Positions 19,722 to 27,395 of a stretch of DNA of 64,000 bases are shown piece after piece (within the stretch, counting starts at the first letter, position 1; every line of letters begins with the position of its first letter). The notes under the pieces are model-generated. The model ran no database searches and was not told the origin of the DNA. It saw only the letters and a program-made list of their open reading frames with translations. The DNA comes from Myxococcota bacterium (GTDB lineage Bacteria; Myxococcota_A; SURF-8; G963663525). The DNA lies in the NCBI GenBank assembly GCA_963676915.2, contig CAXXVK010000067.1:160001-224000 (forward strand). The letters run 5' to 3'. Position numbers and translations under genes: made by a program.

Positions 19722-20642
19722 TTGAATGAAAAACGCAAGGAAACAACTTCACAATGGTTGGCAAACGTGAGACGTCGCAAACTGTTGGAGAACGCACGCG
19801 CACTCATCGAGCTTTTAGATGACGGGAAAGAAAAGCTCCATGGAGAATTCATCTTCGATAAACGGTACAATTTTGCGTTGATCGAACGACTCATTGAAAA
19901 AAGCGGGGAAATGGTATTCGATGCCAGCATTATGGTTCCCGAAAAAAGCGATCGGTTATGGGGGATGCACAGCAAATTGAGTCAAACGGTGGAAAAGTTG
20001 TTCCCCGACAACCGATACTCGTCGGTGCAAGATTCCGAAGCGTTCGACGGTCTTCCAGAGCTTCAAATGTTGTCGGATATCCTCGAATGGGCGGAAGGTA
20101 TACATGGTGACACCTCTATAATGAGTTTGATGAAACGGACTTTTGACAATGTGCATGACCTGCGAAACCAGAGGTCGATATCTTCGAACCTTCACAATTT
20201 ATCGAAATTCACCCTGGGCCATGATACGGTTCATTTGATGGATTTCGGCGGAGGTTTTTCGACATTGAAACAACGCGAAACGGTTAAGATAGACGAGATT
20301 GTCTGTCCTCCCCTTCGATATTTAGCCAAGCCATTCTCCGATTCATCGGAAAGCAATCGTCGTAACGAACCTGCCGAAATTTTTGCAACTGTCTCAGATA
20401 TTCATCTACACCTTCAGAATTTATCCGGCGATTCATCGTTTTTCTTAGATGCAACTTTTATGGGACACGGTGATTCCGATTTCATTTTTCTCTATTCGTC
20501 AGGAGAGCTGAATTCTCCTGAATTGTCAGATGATTTCCGTCTCGAAAAAACGAGAAATGGATGGATGGCATGGACCTATGGAATGGAGTCAAATGACCTA
20601 GCTAAGAAAATGGAACGTCTCAGTCAAATTCTTTTTCATTAA
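19722..20642 (+). CDS. Hypothetical protein resembling the N- and C-terminal domains of the PEP-synthase-like protein without its catalytic core
   Basis: 306-aa ORF with AAGGAG RBS; by-eye similarity to both ends of 11741..14217 (see findings). Confidence 0.6.
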   Translation: MNEKRKETTSQWLANVRRRKLLENARALIELLDDGKEKLHGEFIFDKRYNFALIERLIEKSGEMVFDASIMVPEKSDRLWGMHSKLSQTVEKLFPDNRYSSVQDSEAFDGLPELQMLSDILEWAEGIHGDTSIMSLMKRTFDNVHDLRNQRSISSNLHNLSKFTLGHDTVHLMDFGGGFSTLKQRETVKIDEIVCPPLRYLAKPFSDSSESNRRNEPAEIFATVSDIHLHLQNLSGDSSFFLDATFMGHGDSDFIFLYSSGELNSPELSDDFRLEKTRNGWMAWTYGMESNDLAKKMERLSQILFH

Positions 20643-21109
20643 AAATAGGTATACCCACTGCTGTCCGGTTAATCGTTGAATAATTCCAGCTGGTTACCGA
20701 TATACTCTTTTGTGGTATTGTAGTCTGGTGGTGTTAGAGCCTGTAAAAAAAAAGGGGTTCATCCGACTTTCGGACCCGTGCCACCCTTCGTCTTCAGGTG
20801 TTCCCATCGATAAAGCCAAATCATCACGGTTAAACAAGGTATCTCTCAAGATTTCGCACCTTTTTACTGTCCGCCCCAGGCGGCTGGCTTCTGTGTGAAT
20901 TATAAGCCGGTTGCTTTTCCTCGACATTTTTCTGCATAAACAAAAGTGTTTTCTCGGGGGAAGAATTGCATGGCCTATCGGCGATTAGCCCCAAAAACGC
21001 GCCTTTCTCAATCCGCAAAAACGTGTAAAAGTTGATGAATTACGGAGAAAAGGGTAGGTTGTCGAAAACGAACCCAGCCTACAACGACGAACAGTGACAC
21101 GGATCGAAC

Positions 21110-22501
21110 ATGGAAAAACGCACGTTGAACATTCTGATACTCGGCTTGGGAGGTGTCGGATATTACTTGGCCAAGCGACTGGCGAACGAAGGCTACAAGG
21201 TTACGGCCATCGAAGCCGATTCCGAGTTAATCCAGCGTGCCGATGGCGAACTGGATGCGCGGTTGATTCAGGGTAACGCCATGAGTTTCGACTGCTGGCA
21301 GGAAGCCAACGCCGAAAGCATGGATTACATGATTGCGGTGACCGATAACGACGCCGTAAACATTCTTGCGGCGTTGATCGCCGATCGTTGTGGAATTCGT
21401 AGGAAAATCGCCCGCGTGCGTTCTCTCGAATTGTGGCGTTCCAACCCACTGCTTTCGGCCAAAGACCTTCATATCGATCTGGTGATTCGCCCCGAAGAAC
21501 TGACGGCCCGAGAAATCGTGCGATTGTTGAAAATGAGCGCCGGAAACATTCTCATCGATATCGCCGAAGGGGAAATGCAGGTCGTTGCGACGCGCATCGA
21601 TGACGATTCGATACTGGTTCGACAAAAACTGATGGATATTTCACAGAAATATTCCGGGATCGATTTTCGTATCGTGTCCGTGGCTCGGGGAATCAATACC
21701 ATCATTCCCGATGGCGATTTTGAAATTCTTCCGCAAGATCAGGTGTTTATCCTGGCTCGTAGCGAAGAGATCCCAAAATTGATGGAATTGCTGAAGATTT
21801 CGCAGACCCGAAGACATCGTGTGATGATCGTCGGTGGCGGGTTGATCGGTAGTCGCGTGGCCGAATTGCTGGAGGGATCGTTTCCCGTGCGATTGGTCGA
21901 GCGGAACGAGGCGCGAGCCGTGGAGTTGAACTACAAACTGCACCGGACGGAAGTCTTGCACGGGGATGGCGCCGACGCCGACACCCTGGACAAAGCCGGG
22001 CTGATCAACATGGACACGATCATCACGGCTACCGGCGACAACGAAACCAACATCATGACCAGCGTATTGGCCAAACACCTGATCAAAGAGCACTCCCGTT
22101 CCGCGAAAACGCCGGAAGGCAAGACGATTGCTCTCGTACAGAAAGAAGAGTACCTGGTGTTGGCCGCGACGATGGGTTCGGACATTGTGCTGAACAAGAA
22201 AGTGTTGGCCAGTAACGAGATTTACAAGTATATCCGCCGTGGAACGTTGCTGAGCGTGGCTCATTTGCACGGTCTGGAGGCGGAAGTTCACGAGCTTGTT
22301 GCGCTCGATGGCTCGCCGATTACGAAAAAGCCGCTGTATCAGGTGGGAGGCATGAAAGGAAAAATCATCATCGGCGGAATCTTCAAAAACGGTTCCTGGG
22401 AAATTGCCGTAGGACGGACCCAGGTTTCGCCCGGTGACAGAATCATCGCGGTTTGTGCATCAGCCCATCTCAAAGATCTTCAAAAACTGGTTCTCGCATG
22501 A
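21110..22501 (+). CDS. trkA: Trk potassium uptake NAD-binding protein
   Basis: Two RCK-N (GLGGVG, GGGLIG) and two RCK-C domains, 463 aa, followed by trkH. Confidence 0.93.
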   Translation: MEKRTLNILILGLGGVGYYLAKRLANEGYKVTAIEADSELIQRADGELDARLIQGNAMSFDCWQEANAESMDYMIAVTDNDAVNILAALIADRCGIRRKIARVRSLELWRSNPLLSAKDLHIDLVIRPEELTAREIVRLLKMSAGNILIDIAEGEMQVVATRIDDDSILVRQKLMDISQKYSGIDFRIVSVARGINTIIPDGDFEILPQDQVFILARSEEIPKLMELLKISQTRRHRVMIVGGGLIGSRVAELLEGSFPVRLVERNEARAVELNYKLHRTEVLHGDGADADTLDKAGLINMDTIITATGDNETNIMTSVLAKHLIKEHSRSAKTPEGKTIALVQKEEYLVLAATMGSDIVLNKKVLASNEIYKYIRRGTLLSVAHLHGLEAEVHELVALDGSPITKKPLYQVGGMKGKIIIGGIFKNGSWEIAVGRTQVSPGDRIIAVCASAHLKDLQKLVLA

Positions 22502-22559
22502 AACCTCTGGATAATCTTCAACGTAATGATAGTGCTCCCCATTTTAGCGAGATAGCGGC

Positions 22560-24020
22560 ATGAATCCACGTTCGATTGCCTATGTCATGGGATCGTTGCT
22601 GCTGATTACCGCAGGCGGTTTGCTGCTTCCCATTATCTGCACGCTGTTTTACGGAAATGAGGGCGATCGTCCGGCTCTGGTGATTTCCGCGCTGATTACG
22701 GCTGGGATCGGTTTGCCTCTGCGATTGCTGTTTTCCAAAAATCAGGACGATCTGGGCATGAAGGACGCGATTGCTATTGCGGCTTTCGGTTGGATTGTCG
22801 TCTCGGCGTTTTCGGCGCTGCCGTTTGTGATTCATGGCTCGATCCCTTCGTTTACGGATGCTTTTTTCGAGATGATGTCCGGTTACACTACCACCGGTTC
22901 GACCATTCTCGAAGATATCGAAGTCGTTCCCCACGGACTGTTATTTTGGAGAAGCACGACGCATCTGATCGGCGGCATGGGATTTCTGACGCTGACGATC
23001 CTGTTTTTGCCCCATGGAATGGGTGGATTGCGGATCTTCCGGGCCGAATCCAGTCCGGGACAGGTGATTACCAAGGAAAAGTTCGTGGCCCGTAATCGCG
23101 ACGCCATGACCTATCTTTGGGGAATTTATCTGTTACTGAACGTATTGGAAGTACTGCTTTTATGTTTGGGCGGAATGTCGCTGTTCGACGCACTTTGTCA
23201 CGCTTTCGGCACGGTTTCGACCTCCGGCTATTCTCCCTACAACGCAAGCGTAGGTCACTATAACAACGCCTATTTCGACTGGATCATTACCCTGTTCATG
23301 TTTCTCGGCGGCATGACGTTCATGTTGTTTTATCACATGGCACGTCGGGAGTGGCGTATTCTGACGATCAACACGGAGTTTCGTTGGTACGTGGGGTTCA
23401 TTCTGTTTTTCTGTGGAATGGTGACCTGGATTCTTTACAAAGAAGGTACTTACGACTTCTTCGATTCCCTGCGTTACGGATCGTTCCAGGTGATGTCCAT
23501 TCTCACCACGACAGGGTTTACCACGGCGGATTACGAACAGTGGCCGCAGGCGGCTCAGATGTTCCTTTACGCGGTTTGTTTCATCGGAGCCTGTGCCGGT
23601 TCGACGACCAGTGGCATCAAGGTGGTGCATTACGTCATTTTGGTCAAATTCATGATGTGTGCGATCAAAAAGATCTTTTTCCAACCCCTGGCGCTGGTAA
23701 GTGTACGTATCAACGACCGTCCCATCAGCCAAACCGTGGTTAATCTGGCGGTAAGTTATTTCGTCGTGAATATTTTCCTCGTTCTCGGAGGGGGATGTTT
23801 CATGGTGCTGGTCGATGATATGGATTACGTCACGGCGATGAGTTCGGTTATCGCGACGCTGATGAACATCGGTCCCGGCTTCGGCGAGATCGGTCCTTCG
23901 GAAAATTTCGCCCATATTTCGGATCTTGGCAAATGGTTTCTTGCCTACAACATGCTGATCGGTCGTTTGGAGATGTTTTCCGCTCTCGTGATTTTCTACC
24001 CGTCGTTTTGGAGCAAGTGA
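22560..24020 (+). CDS. trkH: Trk potassium uptake membrane protein
   Basis: FFEMMSGYTTTGST, STSGYS, TTTGFT, GSTTSGIK, NIGPGFG, GRLE pore motifs. Confidence 0.95.
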   Translation: MNPRSIAYVMGSLLLITAGGLLLPIICTLFYGNEGDRPALVISALITAGIGLPLRLLFSKNQDDLGMKDAIAIAAFGWIVVSAFSALPFVIHGSIPSFTDAFFEMMSGYTTTGSTILEDIEVVPHGLLFWRSTTHLIGGMGFLTLTILFLPHGMGGLRIFRAESSPGQVITKEKFVARNRDAMTYLWGIYLLLNVLEVLLLCLGGMSLFDALCHAFGTVSTSGYSPYNASVGHYNNAYFDWIITLFMFLGGMTFMLFYHMARREWRILTINTEFRWYVGFILFFCGMVTWILYKEGTYDFFDSLRYGSFQVMSILTTTGFTTADYEQWPQAAQMFLYAVCFIGACAGSTTSGIKVVHYVILVKFMMCAIKKIFFQPLALVSVRINDRPISQTVVNLAVSYFVVNIFLVLGGGCFMVLVDDMDYVTAMSSVIATLMNIGPGFGEIGPSENFAHISDLGKWFLAYNMLIGRLEMFSALVIFYPSFWSK

Positions 24021-24061
24021 TACTCTTTTGCCGTGCGGCTATTGTCAAATGAGAAGGTAAG

Positions 24062-25195
24062 ATGGTTGATCAGCTCGAAAATAGTGAGAATAAAGTGAAT
24101 GATAAAAGATTCCATTGGGTGGACAATCTTCGGAGTTTCATGGTGTTTCTTGTCGTCGTGGGACATGGAAGCGTTGTTTATGAGCGATACGCGATGGGGA
24201 CCGATTGGTGGATCGTAGTCGATCCTGCGGGGAATGATTTTCCTGGAATTTTATATCTGATTTTGAATATTTTCGTTATTGCGACTCTTTTCTTTGTTTC
24301 TGGATTTCTGGCAATCCGTTCGCTAGAGCAGAAGATCGCTAGGGACTATATCTACGCCAAATTCAAACGTCTGATAATTCCTTGGTTTATTGCTGTTTTA
24401 ACCTTGATTCCAATCTATAAGATGATTTTTTTATATTCGCGAGGGATGCCTCAGGAGAATTGGATAAACTATTTTCATTGGAATTCCATCTGGAGTCAAA
24501 ATTGGCTTTGGTTTCTACCTGTCCTGTTTTTATTCGATATCGTTTTTCTTGGTCTTTCAAAGCTTCCTGTCCAGTGGACCTGGGTAACAATGAGGCGTGG
24601 GATATGGATTGCCATCCTTTTGTGCGTGATGGTTAGTTTTTCCATGGACTTTTTGGGTCTGCACGGTTGGACAAAGACCATCCTTGTCGACTTCCAGAAT
24701 GAACGATTATTCCTCTATTTCGTTGCTTATCTAATGGGAGCTTTAAGCTTTAAACAAAATGTATTTTGGGGGGATTGGAAACATAAAAAAATGGACCTTA
24801 TTCTCCATTGTACGGGTTGGATTCCTATCAATCTGTATTTGTTCATGTTGATCTATTCACTGATAAAACCTGATTCGCCCCTTATTTCCCAGATGTTTGA
24901 TACGCTACTCTTGAGGATAAACTTCGTCTTGGCGTTCGCCTATTTGATCTACGCAATGACGGTAAGTTTTAAACGGTATGTAGACAGAAAAGGAAGTATT
25001 TTAAACGAGATAAATGCAAATTCCTATGGTGTATACATCATTCACGTTGTTGTAATTGGTTTCATGGCGCTGGCTTTGCGGGATACAGGTCTTCCGTCTT
25101 TGATGAAATTGTTTCTGACGGTTGTCGTAACCTATTTGGTAAGTAATTTGTCTGTTTCTTTCTACAAGCGATTCATAGTGCGTACGTTTTCGTAA
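24062..25195 (+). CDS. Acyltransferase family 3 (OpgC/MdoC-like)
   Basis: RFHWVDNLRS...VVGH, LFFVSG, KRLIIP, LWFLPVLF, SYGVYIIH; visibly AT-richer than trkAH. Confidence 0.88.
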   Translation: MVDQLENSENKVNDKRFHWVDNLRSFMVFLVVVGHGSVVYERYAMGTDWWIVVDPAGNDFPGILYLILNIFVIATLFFVSGFLAIRSLEQKIARDYIYAKFKRLIIPWFIAVLTLIPIYKMIFLYSRGMPQENWINYFHWNSIWSQNWLWFLPVLFLFDIVFLGLSKLPVQWTWVTMRRGIWIAILLCVMVSFSMDFLGLHGWTKTILVDFQNERLFLYFVAYLMGALSFKQNVFWGDWKHKKMDLILHCTGWIPINLYLFMLIYSLIKPDSPLISQMFDTLLLRINFVLAFAYLIYAMTVSFKRYVDRKGSILNEINANSYGVYIIHVVVIGFMALALRDTGLPSLMKLFLTVVVTYLVSNLSVSFYKRFIVRTFS

Positions 25196-25210
25196 AGTCG
25201 GTCTATTTCA

Positions 25211-25234
25211 GCCCGACATCAGGCAATGTCGGGC
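25211..25234. terminator. Hairpin between convergent genes
   Basis: GCCCGACAT-caggca-ATGTCGGGC perfect 9-bp stem. Confidence 0.6.
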
Positions 25235-25361
25235 AAGAAATAATATTCAAGCAAAACAACCTGAACAAACGAAAAACCGCGTCGGATCGTGGTTCCGACG
25301 CGGCTTCCCTGTTCGACTTCGGTATCGGAATCTACCATTCGATGCCGTTCGAACGTTCTCG

Positions 25362-25901
25362 TTACTCGCAGCCGATTTCGGCGGAGAAGTTGAACTCCAT
25401 CGCCTCGAAATCGGTAATATAAACGCCACCCGTACCCGGCTTGTAGTTATAGCCCTTGGTGGCGACGAGTTCGCTGGTTCCATCGAAATAATAGATCGTA
25501 TTGGAGCTTTGGCCGACCGGTTGAATGTCGGTTACGTCTGCCCCGTATTCATCGAGAGTGTCGGTGATGTAAGCCGCAATTGTGAGCTTGTACTGTTTCA
25601 CACCGGCTTCTTCGGACGTGGGTTCGATCGCGTTGGGAGGAGCACCTTGCACGTGGACTTCGTAGGTTGTTTCTCCTTCATTGGTTACGGCATACGCCGA
25701 GGCGATGGCGATACGCTGGTTGTTACCCGTTCCGTAAAAAATCACGGCAAGGTTTTCGGTCTGTTGGTTGACCAGGCATCCACCCAGTTTTCCGCTGAAC
25801 GTGAATTCATTGACGACCGTTTCGCTGTCGTCGCCACAGCCGAAACAAGAGATGATTCCCAACAACAGAACGAGCAATGAAAAGATGTGTCGTGGTTTCA
25901 T
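25362..25901 (-). CDS. Hypothetical lipoprotein
   Basis: MKPRHIFSLLVLLLGIISCFGC signal/lipobox; ATG 25901 after GGAGG. Confidence 0.7.
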   Translation of the reverse strand: MKPRHIFSLLVLLLGIISCFGCGDDSETVVNEFTFSGKLGGCLVNQQTENLAVIFYGTGNNQRIAIASAYAVTNEGETTYEVHVQGAPPNAIEPTSEEAGVKQYKLTIAAYITDTLDEYGADVTDIQPVGQSSNTIYYFDGTSELVATKGYNYKPGTGGVYITDFEAMEFNFSAEIGCE

Positions 25902-25936
25902 GAAGTTCCTCCAATATTTCGATAGATCTTGAAGAC

Positions 25937-26731
25937 TTAGATCGTTTCCGACCGTTGTGACATTTGCAAGCGCTTGTAGAGGTCCAGGCTTACTTCTTCC
26001 AGCATTTGAGCGCCGTTGCATCGGGGATCGTAATCCCAGATCGTTTGACCGTGACTCTGGGCTTCGTCGATACGCACGTTGATGCGTACCAGTGTATCCG
26101 CCGCTTCACGGGGAAAATGTGCTCGCAGGCGCTCGATGATTTCGTCCGCCAAGCGTGTGCGACGGTACATCATCGGAACCACCAGCGTCAACTTGGGTTT
26201 CGATTCGGGGTGTTTTTCGCGGGTTTCTCGAATGGTATCGAGGATTTCCGCGCATCCGTCGAGAGACAGATAGGTTGGTGCAACAGGCACCACGATATCG
26301 GTAGCCGCAACCATGATGTTGCGGGTTATCAACCCGAGCGATGGGGGAGAGTCGATAAAAACGTAATGATACTCAAGGGGTTTTAAGCGTTCGAGCAACT
26401 GTACGAGTTTCAGCTCCCGATCTTTGTAGCGTGCCATGCGTTCGGGATATTCGGACAGTTTTTTTCCCGCGCAGATGACATCCAAACCTTCCACATGGGT
26501 AGGCATCAGAGCTTCGGCTAGTTTCGAACGCTGGTTCATCAACAAATCGGCGGAAGTGGACTGCAACAGGCGGGTATTGAAGCCCAACGATTTACCGGCG
26601 TGCCCCTGGGAATCGAGATCCAGCAGCAGCACACGTTTCTTTTTGAACCGGGCGAAATAGGAACTGAAATTCACGGCAAGGGTGGTTTTTCCCGTTCCCC
26701 CTTTTTCGTTGATAATGGCGATGACGCGCAT
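25937..26731 (-). CDS. ParA/Soj family ATPase
   Basis: Deviant Walker A NEKGGTGKTT, LDLDSQG, IDSPPSLG, EAQSHG. Confidence 0.93.
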   Translation of the reverse strand: MRVIAIINEKGGTGKTTLAVNFSSYFARFKKKRVLLLDLDSQGHAGKSLGFNTRLLQSTSADLLMNQRSKLAEALMPTHVEGLDVICAGKKLSEYPERMARYKDRELKLVQLLERLKPLEYHYVFIDSPPSLGLITRNIMVAATDIVVPVAPTYLSLDGCAEILDTIRETREKHPESKPKLTLVVPMMYRRTRLADEIIERLRAHFPREAADTLVRINVRIDEAQSHGQTIWDYDPRCNGAQMLEEVSLDLYKRLQMSQRSETI

Positions 26732-26761
26732 GGTTCGTGGTCCCCGTTTACGGTCCGAAGA

Positions 26762-27151
26762 TCAGGATTTCTCCGGCGTGGCTTTGGTTTTGGCCTTGGT
26801 CTTGGTTTTTCGAACGGTTTTCGGTTTTCCCAGTTTGTCGAGTTTTTCCAGAACGAGATCGAGTTTTCCGTCCATTTCCGCCAGACGTTCTTCGATCGCG
26901 TAGAGTTGTTCGCCCAATTCCTCGTGCTCGGCTTGCAGTGTTTCCACATCTTCCTTGGCGGCGATGGGAAGGCGTTCCAAAGCATTTTGCAACTTGGATT
27001 CGAATTGATTCCTTGCTTCCAAGGAAGTCGTAATCACGCGCTGTACGCCGTTGCGAAAATGTTCGTTGCCCAGGAGCAGGGCTGCCATCGACCCGACCCA
27101 TTCGGACGTGGCCTGAAAAACGTCGGAGTCGGACGACTTGTTGGAATCCAT
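26762..27151 (-). CDS. Coiled-coil protein with K/T/A-rich basic tail (phasin PhaF/PhaI-like pattern)
   Basis: ALERLPIAAKEDVETLQ...LAEMDGKLDLVLEKL coiled coil, then KPKTVRKTKTKAKTKATPEKS. Confidence 0.6.
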   Translation of the reverse strand: MDSNKSSDSDVFQATSEWVGSMAALLLGNEHFRNGVQRVITTSLEARNQFESKLQNALERLPIAAKEDVETLQAEHEELGEQLYAIEERLAEMDGKLDLVLEKLDKLGKPKTVRKTKTKAKTKATPEKS

Positions 27152-27395
27152 AGCACCACCATCAACAGGGAGTAAAAAATCGTGGGGAGTATGGCATTTT
27201 TTAAAAGGTGCGGCAAGGAAATTACGAGAATCGCCCGAACCGGCGGTGGAAAATTTAAAAACTTCGATATCTTACCTGTACCATTTGCAACATGTTGAAA
27301 TAAAAGCTTTATTTCTCTCTTGGAGAAGAGAGGCAGAATGCGTGGGAAAGCGGTTGTTCGAACCTTCCTTTCCGATTCCCTGTTGCGTGATGGTT

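Noticed and set aside
20643-21109. c-di-AMP (ydaO) riboswitch upstream of trkA
   Set aside because: No recognisable conserved ydaO motifs by eye; an Infernal search would be needed
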